This document shows positions 29,405-39,149 of a DNA stretch of 64,000 nt, piece after piece. Made by a program: the position numbers and the translations under genes. Origin of the DNA: a virus; the IMG/VR virus record IMGVR_UViG_3300035670_000019, positions 64,001 through 128,000 of that record. One strand, 5' to 3'. The notes below the pieces were generated by a model. The model did no database searches and was not told the origin of the DNA. It saw only the letters and a program-made list of their open reading frames with translations. Numbering within the stretch: the stretch's first letter is position 1; every line of letters starts with the position of its first letter.

Positions 29405-31024
29405 ATGAGTAAAATTATAGAATTCGGACCCGAAGCAAGGAAAAAACTCGTAAACGGTATCGATAAGTTGTCGAATGCTGTTACGTCAACATTAGGACCT
29501 AATGGCCGCAATGTTGTTATTTCAAACAATCAAGGCTACCCACAATCAACAAAAGATGGAGTGACAGTAGCTAAAACAATCACACTTGAAGATCCAATTG
29601 AAGAATTGGGTGCTCAACTTGTTAAACAAGCAGCTATTAAAACAGCTGATGGAGCGGGTGATGGTACAACCACTTCTACACTGTTGGCACAGGAGATGGT
29701 TAAAAACGGTTTAGTACACCTTAACAACGGTGTTAACGCTGTTAAAATCAAGCGTGATATTGATTCTGCTGTTAAAGAAGTAGTTAAGGAACTACGTAAA
29801 GGTATCTCACAAGACATTAGCTCTGAAGATCAACTTAAACAAGTTGCTACTATCTCAGCAAACAATGATCCTGAAGTGGGTGAATTGATTGCTACTGCAA
29901 TGCAAAAAGTAGGTCGTGAAGGTGTAGTTCACATTGAAGAATCAAAATCAGGTGAAACATATCTTGAAACAGTAGAAGGTATGCAGTTTGATCGAGGCTA
30001 TAAGTCACATTACTTTGTTACTGATAACAATACAATGACTTGTACTCTCGAGAATCCATTGATTCTTATTGCTGATAAGCGTTTTACTTCAATTAAAGAA
30101 CTACTCCCAGTACTAGAAGCAGTATCTAATCAAGGTAAACCATTGTTTATCATCGCTGAAGATTTAGATGGTGAAGCACTTGCTACACTTATTGTAAATA
30201 AGATGCGAGGTACTATTAAAGTATGTGCTGTTAAAGCTCCTGACTTTGGTGACCGTAGAAAATTGCTTTTGGACGACATTGCGATTTTGACAGGAGGTGA
30301 GGTATTTAGTACTGATAAGGGCATGAAGCTAGACAAATTCGATTGGAAATGGTTTGGCGAAGCTCGTTTAGTAACAGTAACAAAAGACCAAACAACAATT
30401 GTTGATGGAAAAGGAGAATCTGAGAGAATTCAAACACGTATTGAAGAATTACAACAACAAATCGAAAAAGCAAAGACCCCTTTCGAACAAGAAAAATTAC
30501 AAGAAAGGCTCGCGAAATTTGTCGGAGGAGTAGCAATCATTCACGTAGGAGGCAATACAGAAACCGAGGTTAAAGAAAAGAAAGACCGCGTGGACGATGC
30601 TTTGCAAGCCACTAAAGCCGCAATTGAAGAAGGTATTGTACCAGGTGGTGGCTCAGCTCTATTGTATGCTCGTGAAGCAATCACAAACGCAAATACTGTT
30701 GGTGGAGGAATTGTATGGAAAGCATGTTCTGCTCCATTTATGAAAATTCTTACTAATGCTGGCTATGAAGAAATGGAAGCATATCAGTTGATCAATAATA
30801 TGTTTAATGTTCGTGATAACTGGAGAGGTTATGATCTTGAAGCACAAAAGTTTGTTGATATGAAACAAGCTGGAATTATAGATCCCACCAAGGTCACAAG
30901 AACCGCAATTGAAAACGCGGCATCAGTAGCTGGAACAATTCTATTAACTGAATGTACTGTTGTAGACAAGCCTGAAGATAACAAACAGGATGATATGATG
31001 GCAGGAATGGGAGGAATGTATTAA
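29405..31024 (+). CDS. groEL: Chaperonin GroEL
   Basis: TLGPNGRNV, TKDGVTVA, GDGTTT, EGMQFDRGY, GIVPGGG and GGM tail. Confidence 0.96.
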   Translation: MSKIIEFGPEARKKLVNGIDKLSNAVTSTLGPNGRNVVISNNQGYPQSTKDGVTVAKTITLEDPIEELGAQLVKQAAIKTADGAGDGTTTSTLLAQEMVKNGLVHLNNGVNAVKIKRDIDSAVKEVVKELRKGISQDISSEDQLKQVATISANNDPEVGELIATAMQKVGREGVVHIEESKSGETYLETVEGMQFDRGYKSHYFVTDNNTMTCTLENPLILIADKRFTSIKELLPVLEAVSNQGKPLFIIAEDLDGEALATLIVNKMRGTIKVCAVKAPDFGDRRKLLLDDIAILTGGEVFSTDKGMKLDKFDWKWFGEARLVTVTKDQTTIVDGKGESERIQTRIEELQQQIEKAKTPFEQEKLQERLAKFVGGVAIIHVGGNTETEVKEKKDRVDDALQATKAAIEEGIVPGGGSALLYAREAITNANTVGGGIVWKACSAPFMKILTNAGYEEMEAYQLINNMFNVRDNWRGYDLEAQKFVDMKQAGIIDPTKVTRTAIENAASVAGTILLTECTVVDKPEDNKQDDMMAGMGGMY

Positions 31025-31284
31025 TGAAAATCGAGATCCAAGAACAATTAGAACTAATCGCTACACGCGTTCCACCTGGAGACAGGTGGACGCTTGTAGG
31101 TGATAAGACTAAAGTATACAATTCAATAACTGATACTTTAGAAGCGTATTTTCAACTAACTAGGAGAGCATGTGAATATAGATTAGCTCCTTTAAAAGGT
31201 GAGTTATATGCTGTTCATTCTCAAGAAGTTGAAATTGCACCTGAACCACCTAAACGCTATGATATTTATGGAGACTATCAATAA
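31024..31284 (+). CDS. Hypothetical protein
   Basis: Coupled to the groEL stop. Confidence 0.6.
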   Translation: MKIEIQEQLELIATRVPPGDRWTLVGDKTKVYNSITDTLEAYFQLTRRACEYRLAPLKGELYAVHSQEVEIAPEPPKRYDIYGDYQ

Positions 31285-31319
31285 AGGTAGTAATATGTAT
31301 AATAAAACATACTAATACA

Positions 31320-31592
31320 ATGAATAAAGAGTTTCTTAAAATGCAAAAATTGGCTGGTTTGATTACTGAAAGCCAAGTAGAAGAAATAATAGGTGATATT
31401 GATGATACTCCATCCCCTGATGGAAAATTTAACCCAATGGATTACGCTGATGATCCTGGGTATAGCAGTGATAAGGTTGCTTTTTTAGCAAACGCCTTTC
31501 AATATATTTGGAATATGGGTAAAGGTAATAATAAGATTGATTTTGAAGATATGGCTAAATCCACTATTGAAGATTTAGAAACCAGATTTTAA
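31320..31592 (+). CDS. Small acidic protein with MNKEFLKMQKLAGLITE leader, putative internal virion protein
   Basis: Class 2 motif at 31293; followed by a terminator-promoter unit. Confidence 0.55.
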   Translation: MNKEFLKMQKLAGLITESQVEEIIGDIDDTPSPDGKFNPMDYADDPGYSSDKVAFLANAFQYIWNMGKGNNKIDFEDMAKSTIEDLETRF

Positions 31593-31618
31593 TAATCTTT
31601 AATACAATACTTTAAACT

Positions 31619-31651
31619 AGGCTTGGGAAACCAGGCCTTTTTTATTATATT
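31619..31651 (+). terminator. Intrinsic terminator (GAAA loop) fused with class 1 promoter motif
   Basis: AGGCTTGG-GAAA-CCAGGCCT then T-tract; TTGGGA at 31623, TATATT at 31646. Confidence 0.75.
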
Positions 31652-31707
31652 AAGTTATAAACACATTTGATGAAAGGGGAGATGGTGTATATTTATAATA
31701 AAATAAT

Positions 31708-32346
31708 ATGAAAGAATATACATGCCCATCATGTGGTAGCACTAAATTTTTAAAAGAAAATTCCCATTATGAAGCAACTCGATTAAAAAGAATTTGTAAA
31801 AGTTGTGCTATGAAAAAATGGCAAGATAAAAAATACGGCAAAAAAGAAATATATAAATTTAATAGCACTTGCCCTAACTGCAAACAAACCAAAACCCATA
31901 CATATAAAAATCCATTAAGCCCTACCCAGGCTCAAACCTTATCAAACAGATTATCATCTCAATTATGTTATTCATGCTCAAATTCAGAGTATTATGTTTT
32001 GTCTAAAAATAAAATAAATACTAAACCTGAGCAAGAATTTAAAATAATATTAAATGAATTAAAGATAAATTACATTCATGGTTTTAAATATCAAAAATAT
32101 AATTTTGATTTTTATTTACCACATTTTGATGTTTTAGTAGAAATAGATGGTGTTTACTGGCATGGGAAAAATTTAGATTGGGGTAATCTAAATGAAACTC
32201 AAAAAACATCAAGAAAAAATGATGAAAAGAAAAATCAAATTTGCTTGGAAAATAATAAAAAGCTTATTAGATTATGGGAAGACGAGATAAATAAAGAAAA
32301 TATTATTAATAAAATAGGTTATGAAACAACATTCAATTTGGAATGA
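31708..32346 (+). CDS. Free-standing Vsr/DUF559-like endonuclease with zinc ribbons
   Basis: CPSC/CKSC/CPNC/CYSC; TKPE...FDFYL...VEIDGVYWHG...D..KN...LIRLWE; class 2 motif at 31689. Confidence 0.8.
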   Translation: MKEYTCPSCGSTKFLKENSHYEATRLKRICKSCAMKKWQDKKYGKKEIYKFNSTCPNCKQTKTHTYKNPLSPTQAQTLSNRLSSQLCYSCSNSEYYVLSKNKINTKPEQEFKIILNELKINYIHGFKYQKYNFDFYLPHFDVLVEIDGVYWHGKNLDWGNLNETQKTSRKNDEKKNQICLENNKKLIRLWEDEINKENIINKIGYETTFNLE

Positions 32347-33241
32347 AAAATATCGCCCGAATGATTTAACAACATTTATAGGTAATGAACAATTAAAAGA
32401 CATTATATCACAATATATAAATAAAAATGATTTAATTAATATGTTGTTTTATGGACCTCCAGGTAGTGGTAAAACAACATTAGCTAAATTGATTGTAAAT
32501 AATCTTAATTGTGATTATCTTTTTTTAAATGCATCGGATGAGAGGGGGATCGACACTATTAGAGATAAAGTGCAGGGTTTTGCCTCAAGTGCTTCATTCA
32601 AACCCCTTAAGATTATTATCTTAGATGAAGCTGATTTCTTAACTATTCAGGCCCAAGCGTCATTAAGGAATATTATCGAGACATATTCTCGTACTACACG
32701 TTTTATCTTAACATGTAATTATCTTGAACGTATCATCGATCCCCTTCAATCCCGATGTCAAGTATTAAAAATTACTCCTCCATCTAAAAAAGAAGTAGCA
32801 CAACATGTTGCTAATGTTTTAGAACAGGAAAACATTAACTATGAATTAAATGACTTAGTATTAGTAGTTAATAAACATTATCCTGATGTTAGAAAAATAC
32901 TTAATACCTGCCAGGTTAATACTGTTGATAGTAATCTAAAAGTTGATACTTCAATTCTAACCTCAAGCAACTATACAGATGCTATTCTAAAAGAACTTAA
33001 AGCAGCAAATAAAAACAGCTTCAAAAACATCAGACAAATACTTGCAGATAGCAATTTGGATGACTTTGAAGAAATTTATAGATTCCTATATGATAATTTA
33101 GATGAGTATGGTAAAGATGACTTAACCAAAGTATCAATTATCATTGAAATAGAAAATTATATGTACCACGCCAATTTTAGAATTGATAAAGAAATCAATG
33201 TAATGGCTTTAATATGTTCAATCTTAAAAACAATACAATAA
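32321..33241 (+). CDS. Clamp loader large subunit (gp44/RFC AAA+)
   Basis: WNEKYRP, GPPGSGKTT, NASDERGID, ILDEAD, LQSRC. Confidence 0.92.
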   Translation: MKQHSIWNEKYRPNDLTTFIGNEQLKDIISQYINKNDLINMLFYGPPGSGKTTLAKLIVNNLNCDYLFLNASDERGIDTIRDKVQGFASSASFKPLKIIILDEADFLTIQAQASLRNIIETYSRTTRFILTCNYLERIIDPLQSRCQVLKITPPSKKEVAQHVANVLEQENINYELNDLVLVVNKHYPDVRKILNTCQVNTVDSNLKVDTSILTSSNYTDAILKELKAANKNSFKNIRQILADSNLDDFEEIYRFLYDNLDEYGKDDLTKVSIIIEIENYMYHANFRIDKEINVMALICSILKTIQ

Positions 33242-33242
33242 A

Positions 33243-33485
33243 ATGAATAAGACAGAAAAACCGCTCAATGTTAACATTGACATCAAATCATCTCAACCAA
33301 TCACTTCACCTGAAGGCAATCATATCTTTGCTGAAGGTGTAATTTTGAGAAAAGTATCTAAATTTGTAGCAGGCACAGCTGAAGACGCTATTATTCCTAT
33401 TCCTGTAATGTATGATGTAAAAACAGGTAATGTGTTAGTAGAGTTGTTGCCTAAAGAACTCCGAGACGAATATGCAAATATTTGA
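33243..33485 (+). CDS. Hypothetical protein
   Basis: 80 aa ORF between the clamp loader subunits. Confidence 0.6.
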   Translation: MNKTEKPLNVNIDIKSSQPITSPEGNHIFAEGVILRKVSKFVAGTAEDAIIPIPVMYDVKTGNVLVELLPKELRDEYANI

Positions 33486-33882
33486 TTGGCTTAAACAAAT
33501 TACTTACGAAAAACAATCTTGGGACTCATTTACTGAGGAAGATAGAGCATCATTTAATCCATATATGATACATCGCTTCCTCAGTATGAATCCTGAGTAT
33601 ATTGAGTTTGTAAATTTAATTCAAAATATTCCTTATACTGAAAAGGAAAAAATATATAAACTGTATTTATATATGATTCCAAAGAAAAATATGTTTTTAA
33701 AATATATTAAATCAACAAGAACCAAAACTAGAGAGGAGCTATTACAACACTTAGCTTCTTACTATGGATGCTCTTTGCGTGAGGCAGATGAATACTATCA
33801 TATGCTTCATAATGATACTATTAAAGGCATTTTAAAGAAAAAAGGTATTGATGATAAAGAAATTAAAAAGTTATTAAAATGA
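33472..33882 (+). CDS. Clamp loader small subunit (gp62-like)
   Basis: IFDWLKQI, FNPYMIHRFLSM, YYGCSLREA pattern; position. Confidence 0.7.
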   Translation: MQIFDWLKQITYEKQSWDSFTEEDRASFNPYMIHRFLSMNPEYIEFVNLIQNIPYTEKEKIYKLYLYMIPKKNMFLKYIKSTRTKTREELLQHLASYYGCSLREADEYYHMLHNDTIKGILKKKGIDDKEIKKLLK

Positions 33883-34556
33883 AACTACTAAACATATTAT
33901 TAGAAGTATATAAAGAAGAATATGAATTAAATCTTAAAGAGGGTTTAATTAAAACTACTAATATTGGAAAAACTTTAAACATTTTAGAAAAAAAATATTC
34001 ATCTAAATTTATATTTACTAAAAGTAAAAATTCATTTTACATTAAAACATTTAGTACAGACATTAATACTTTATTAAACAGTATCATTAAAGATGCTGAT
34101 AATTTAGGATGGTTTCCTTCCTTTATGGAAACAGAAGAATATACAGGAAAATGGGATGAAAAGTATTTTAAAGAAGGTGAAATTAAATTAAGATTTGAAG
34201 CTAAATTTGATGAAGAGATAGTTGAAAAAATACCTGAAATTCTTTATCATATCACCCCAACACAAAACTCTGATAAGATTTTAAAAATAGGATTAGTACC
34301 TAAATCAAGATCAAAAGCATCTTACCACCCAGATAGAGTTTATTTATCTAAAGATTTAGAAGATATAGAAAACTTAGGAGAAATGTTTTATCAAAAAACA
34401 GGAATAAAAGATTGGTCTATATTAAAAATAGAAACAGATTTTATTCCTGGAAATTATTTAAGGTTATATACTGACCCGAATTATACTCAAGGTTATTATA
34501 CTCTAAATAATATTCCTCCACAAGCAATAGAAAAAATAAAAGATATAAATTATTAA
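33879..34556 (+). CDS. ADP-ribosyltransferase-fold protein (Tpt1/KptA-like) with N-terminal leader
   Basis: LYHITP...ILKIGLVP.S...DRVYLS...ILKI...IPPQAI; leader MKLLNILLE...LKE. Confidence 0.6.
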   Translation: MKLLNILLEVYKEEYELNLKEGLIKTTNIGKTLNILEKKYSSKFIFTKSKNSFYIKTFSTDINTLLNSIIKDADNLGWFPSFMETEEYTGKWDEKYFKEGEIKLRFEAKFDEEIVEKIPEILYHITPTQNSDKILKIGLVPKSRSKASYHPDRVYLSKDLEDIENLGEMFYQKTGIKDWSILKIETDFIPGNYLRLYTDPNYTQGYYTLNNIPPQAIEKIKDINY

Positions 34557-34559
34557 AAA

Positions 34560-34763
34560 ATGAAACTAGATAGTATAGTAACATCAGTTATAAAACAATT
34601 TGAAGAACGTAGTATCAAAGGTAAAGAAAAATATGGTACTGACTTGGATAGAGAAGATTTAGCCTTAATAGATTGGATAGAGCATGCTAAGCAAGAGCAT
34701 ATGGATGCTATCTTGTACTTAGAAAAAATCAAACAGCAGTATCTTAAAGAACTTGAATCGTGA
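34560..34763 (+). CDS. Small all-alpha protein, possible nucleotide pyrophosphohydrolase-like
   Basis: GKEKYG...WIEHAKQEHMDAILYLEK. Confidence 0.45.
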   Translation: MKLDSIVTSVIKQFEERSIKGKEKYGTDLDREDLALIDWIEHAKQEHMDAILYLEKIKQQYLKELES

Positions 34764-35689
34764 AAATACCTTCCATTGTAAAAACGATTCAAAAACAACC
34801 TATACAGGAAATAAACTATGCATTCCATAAAACAATTTCTTATAGCCAGTTCTCTATATATCATGAGTGCCCTCACAAATGGGAACTACAATACAAAGAC
34901 AATCTACAACAATATGAACCTACTATCCATACTGTGTTCGGAACCGCAATGCATACTGTTATTCAGCATTACCTTACTGTAATGTATAATGAAAGTGGAG
35001 CAGTAGCAGATAGAATAGATATAGAGACATTTTTTGAAGACGAGTTTAGAAAAGTATACTTAGAAGAATATAAAGCAAATAAAAACACTCACTTCAGTGG
35101 AGCAGCAGAAATGAGAGAGTTTTATGATGATGGTATTGCTATATTAAATTTCTTTAAAAAACGCAAAGGACAATATTTCAGTAAACGAGGATGGTATTTG
35201 GTTGCTTGTGAGTTACCTATTGTTATAACACCTAATAATGCGTTTAAAAACGTTTTATATAAGGGTTATATTGATCTTGTAATGTATCATGAACCTACAA
35301 ATACCTTTAAAATATACGACTTTAAAACGTCTACTCGAGGATGGAATGATGATGCTAAAAGAGATGAACGTAAACAATTTCAATTACTATTCTATAAAAA
35401 ATACTTTAGTGAACAATATAATGTTCCTGAAGACAATGTTGAAGTTGAGTTTGTTATCTTAAAAAGAAAAATATGGGAGGAAAGTGAGTATCCACAAAGT
35501 CGTATTCAAGAATTTGCTCCTCCAAGCGGTAAAATCAAAATGAAAAAAGCATTAACCGCTATAGATAATTTTCTAAATGAATGTTTTAACATTGATGGAT
35601 CATACAAAGACACATCACATCCTGCGACTCCAAGTAAAAGCTGTCAATGGTGTCCTTATAATGAGAGAAAAGATCTTTGTAACAAATAG
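34760..35689 (+). CDS. PD-(D/E)XK exonuclease, Cas4/AddB-like with Fe-S cysteines
   Basis: ISYSQ..ECP, FGTAMH, GYIDL, IYDFKTS, QLLFY, CQWCPY...C. Confidence 0.85.
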   Translation: MKIPSIVKTIQKQPIQEINYAFHKTISYSQFSIYHECPHKWELQYKDNLQQYEPTIHTVFGTAMHTVIQHYLTVMYNESGAVADRIDIETFFEDEFRKVYLEEYKANKNTHFSGAAEMREFYDDGIAILNFFKKRKGQYFSKRGWYLVACELPIVITPNNAFKNVLYKGYIDLVMYHEPTNTFKIYDFKTSTRGWNDDAKRDERKQFQLLFYKKYFSEQYNVPEDNVEVEFVILKRKIWEESEYPQSRIQEFAPPSGKIKMKKALTAIDNFLNECFNIDGSYKDTSHPATPSKSCQWCPYNERKDLCNK

Positions 35690-35723
35690 TGTTTTCGTAT
35701 ATATTTATATATAAATAAGTGTT

Positions 35724-35909
35724 ATGGATAAAAAGGATATGACATTAACAAGCGTGAAAGTTCAAAGCGACTTGTTTGAAGATTTCAAATTAGAATGTGT
35801 TAAGCGAAAATTTTCTTTACAAAAGCTTGTAGATAGAGCAGTCCATTTATATCTTACATCAGACGAATTTAGGAAGTCAATTCACAATCACAATAATTTA
35901 AATCGATAA
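35724..35909 (+). CDS. Small ribbon-helix-helix-like DNA-binding protein
   Basis: LTSVKV strand followed by two helices; class 2 motif at 35701. Confidence 0.5.
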   Translation: MDKKDMTLTSVKVQSDLFEDFKLECVKRKFSLQKLVDRAVHLYLTSDEFRKSIHNHNNLNR

Positions 35910-35917
35910 AAAGTTTT

Positions 35918-37354
35918 ATGAATCAAAGTTTTGGTTATCTTCCTCAAAATGAGAGGAAAAAAATCTTACTAATTTGTGACGATATTAGAGTACATTCAGG
36001 TGTAGCTACTGTTGCTCGAGAATTAGTATTAAATACAGCTCAACATTTTAATTGGATTAATGTAGGAGGTGCTATCAACCATCCTGAACAAGGTAAACGA
36101 TTAGATTTATCTGATAACACTAATGAAAATACTGGTTTAACAGATAGCTCAGTCATTTTATATCCAACTAACGGATATGGAGATGCTCGTTTGATTAGAC
36201 AACTAATCCAAGTAGAAAAGCCAGATGCTATTTTCTTAATCACTGATCCAAGATATTTTATTTGGTTGTTCCAAATTGAAAATGAAATCAGAAAGAAAAT
36301 GCCTATTATCTATCTCAATATTTGGGATGATTATCCAGCTCCAATGTATAATAGAGCGTATTATGAGTCATGTGATGCTTTGTTATCTATCTCTAAACAA
36401 ACTAAAAACATTAATACTTTAGTATTAGGCGATAAAGCTAAAAACAAAATTATTCAATATGTACCTCATGGTTTAAATGAAGATGTCTTTAAACCACTTG
36501 ATGTTAATGCACCTGAATTAAAAGAGTTTAAAAAGAAATTATTTGGAGGTAAAGAAATTGATTTCGCTTTATTCTTTAACTCTCGAAACATTCGCCGCAA
36601 ACAAATCCCAGATACAATGATGGCTTATAAGTTATTTGTTGATGGATTATCTGAAGAACAAGCAAAACGTTGTGCGTTTGTATTACATACTCAAGTAGTA
36701 GATGATAATGGTACTGACTTAGAAGCAGTAAGAGAATTATTGTTTGGTGATGATCCAAAATATAACATTATTTTCTCACAACAGATGCTCCCAGCTGGTC
36801 AAATGAATTTGCTCTACAATAGCACTGACTGCCAGATCCTATTAACTAACAATGAAGGTTGGGGATTGAGCTTAACTGAAGCGATATTAGTAGGTAATCC
36901 AATTATCGCTAATGTGACAGGTGGAATGCAGGATCAAATGCGCTTTAGTAAAAAAGGTAAGTGGATTGATTTTGATGATAAATTCCCTTCAAATCATACT
37001 GGCACAATTAAAGAACATGGTGAGTGGGCATTTCCGGTTTATCCAACTAATCGTTCAATTCAAGGTTCACCATTAACTCCTTATATTTGGGATGATAGAT
37101 GTAACGCTGAAGATGCAGCTAAACAAATTAAAGCAGTTTATAACTTATCTAAAGAAGAAAGAAAAACATTAGGTTTAAAAGGTCGTGAGTGGGCTTTATC
37201 TGATGAAGCAGGATTCACAAGTAAAAAAATGGGTATTAATGTTATTAAAACTTTAGATAAATTATTTAAAACTTGGAAACCAAGAAAAACATATGAGTTA
37301 GTAAATGCTAATGAAACTAAACCTAAAACTGTACCTCACCAATTAGTTTATTAA
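35918..37354 (+). CDS. Glycosyltransferase, GT-B fold (GT4-like)
   Basis: SGVATV, VPHG, SRNIRRKQ, NEGWGLSLTEA. Confidence 0.85.
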   Translation: MNQSFGYLPQNERKKILLICDDIRVHSGVATVARELVLNTAQHFNWINVGGAINHPEQGKRLDLSDNTNENTGLTDSSVILYPTNGYGDARLIRQLIQVEKPDAIFLITDPRYFIWLFQIENEIRKKMPIIYLNIWDDYPAPMYNRAYYESCDALLSISKQTKNINTLVLGDKAKNKIIQYVPHGLNEDVFKPLDVNAPELKEFKKKLFGGKEIDFALFFNSRNIRRKQIPDTMMAYKLFVDGLSEEQAKRCAFVLHTQVVDDNGTDLEAVRELLFGDDPKYNIIFSQQMLPAGQMNLLYNSTDCQILLTNNEGWGLSLTEAILVGNPIIANVTGGMQDQMRFSKKGKWIDFDDKFPSNHTGTIKEHGEWAFPVYPTNRSIQGSPLTPYIWDDRCNAEDAAKQIKAVYNLSKEERKTLGLKGREWALSDEAGFTSKKMGINVIKTLDKLFKTWKPRKTYELVNANETKPKTVPHQLVY

Positions 37355-37372
37355 TATTAAAAAAAAAGTTAT

Positions 37373-38683
37373 ATGAAACCATTATTTTTTATTAGTTGCC
37401 CTATTGACACATATAGTGGATATGGAGCACGTTCTCGAGATTTAGTTAAAGCAATCATTGCGTTAAATAAATATGATGTTAAAATTATTCCCCAAATGTG
37501 GGGTAATACACCTTGGGGTTTTATTGATGATAATCCTGAGTGGTTATTTTTAATACCTCATTTATGGACCCAACCTCAACTTCCAAAACAACCTGAAATT
37601 TGGATGCAAATTACAATTCCAAATGAGTTTCAACCTATTGGTAAATATAACATTGGAGTAACAGCTGGTGTTGAAACAACATTAGCTCCTGGGGATTGGA
37701 TTGAAGGAATTAATAGAATGAATTTAACATTAACTTCTTCTGAGCATTCAAAAGAAACATTTATTAAAACTGTTTTACAAAAAGTAAACCAACATACTAA
37801 TCAACCAATTGAGCAAATCCAAGTCAACCAACCTATTGAAGTATTATTTGAAGGTGCTAATATTGATATCTATAAATCACTTGATACAGTAGAATCATTT
37901 CCTGAGTTAACTGATATTAAAGAAAAATTCTGTTATTTGTTTGTAGGTCACTGGATTAATGGTGATTTAGGTGAAGATAGAAAAAATGTTGGTTTGTTAA
38001 TTAAAGCGTTTTATGAAACATTTAAAAATAAAAAACAAAAACCAGCCCTTATTTTAAAAACATCTCAAATGGGTTCTTCATATGTTGATCGAGATGAGAT
38101 ATTAAAAAAAATAACAGCTATTAAAAAAACAGTTAATTCAAAAGATTTACCAAACATTTATCTATTACATGGTGAATTTAGTGATTCTGAAATGAATGAA
38201 TTATATAATCATTCTAAAGTAAAAGCAATGATTAATTTAACTAAAGGTGAAGGTTTTGGTCGCCCATTATTAGAATTTAGTTTAACTAAAAAACCAATCA
38301 TCACAACTAATTGGAGTGGCCATAAAGATTTTCTAGATGAAAACTTCACCACTATGCTCCCAGGCGCTATGGCTAATGTCCACCCAAGCGCAGCTAATCA
38401 GTGGTTACTGAAAGAATCACAATGGTTTAATGTTGATACAGGATATGTAGGACATCATTTAAAGAATATGTTTGAAAATTATAAAACATATATTGATGGT
38501 GCTAAACGCCAAGCGTATAAAAGTAAAAATGAATTTAGTTGGGATAAAATGAAAGATAAATTAAATCAATTATTTGATCAATATATCCCTGAGTTCCCAA
38601 AACAAATTCAATTACAACTTCCTAAATTAAATAAAATTGAATTACCAAAACTTAAAAAAGTAGAAGAAAATGTCACAGGATAA
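37373..38683 (+). CDS. Glycosyltransferase, GT-B fold (GT4-like)
   Basis: SGYGARS, DRKN, GEGFGRPLLE, TNWSGH. Confidence 0.85.
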   Translation: MKPLFFISCPIDTYSGYGARSRDLVKAIIALNKYDVKIIPQMWGNTPWGFIDDNPEWLFLIPHLWTQPQLPKQPEIWMQITIPNEFQPIGKYNIGVTAGVETTLAPGDWIEGINRMNLTLTSSEHSKETFIKTVLQKVNQHTNQPIEQIQVNQPIEVLFEGANIDIYKSLDTVESFPELTDIKEKFCYLFVGHWINGDLGEDRKNVGLLIKAFYETFKNKKQKPALILKTSQMGSSYVDRDEILKKITAIKKTVNSKDLPNIYLLHGEFSDSEMNELYNHSKVKAMINLTKGEGFGRPLLEFSLTKKPIITTNWSGHKDFLDENFTTMLPGAMANVHPSAANQWLLKESQWFNVDTGYVGHHLKNMFENYKTYIDGAKRQAYKSKNEFSWDKMKDKLNQLFDQYIPEFPKQIQLQLPKLNKIELPKLKKVEENVTG

Positions 38684-39131
38684 AATTATTATATGCCCTA
38701 AATCAGGAGGTGACTTATGTTATGAAACACAAGTTACACCTGAAATTACAAATTGGATGTCTTTATCTTGTGGGTATTGGACTAATAGTTTAATGACTAA
38801 AAATAGTGATTTTTATAAAGAACAATTTGAAGTACTACCTGAATTATATAAAGATTTAGCCTGGGAAGATTTAAATACAGGTTTAATTTGGTTACCTCAA
38901 ACAATTAATCATCCATCTCAAGGTATGATATTCGCTAATGGGACATCATCTGATGACTGGAAATGGGCAGCTGTTAAAGCTATTAAAGTAACTGAAGAAG
39001 AAAAAGAAAAATATCCAATCCCAAAACAACCAGGTAAATTCTATGAATACAGAATGAATATGGAAACACTTCAACATTTTGAAGAAAGAGAGTTTATAGA
39101 TGCTTTAGAATATATTGGCTTAATAAATTAA
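38670..39131 (+). CDS. Hypothetical protein
   Basis: 153 aa ORF within the glycan island. Confidence 0.6.
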   Translation: MSQDKIIICPKSGGDLCYETQVTPEITNWMSLSCGYWTNSLMTKNSDFYKEQFEVLPELYKDLAWEDLNTGLIWLPQTINHPSQGMIFANGTSSDDWKWAAVKAIKVTEEEKEKYPIPKQPGKFYEYRMNMETLQHFEEREFIDALEYIGLIN

Positions 39132-39143
39132 TTTTATTATATT
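39115..39143 (+). promoter_or_regulatory. Class 1 promoter-like motif TTGGCT-N17-TATATT
   Basis: Recurring motif upstream of the GT2 gene. Confidence 0.55.
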
Positions 39144-39149
39144 ATAATT

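Noticed and set aside
33663-33671. GTATTTATA inside the clamp loader small subunit as the late promoter of the ART-like gene
   Set aside because: It is over 200 nt upstream, within coding sequence, and easily arises by chance in AT-rich DNA.
34760-35689. CRISPR-Cas system based on the Cas4-like gene
   Set aside because: No cas1/cas2, effector genes or array nearby.
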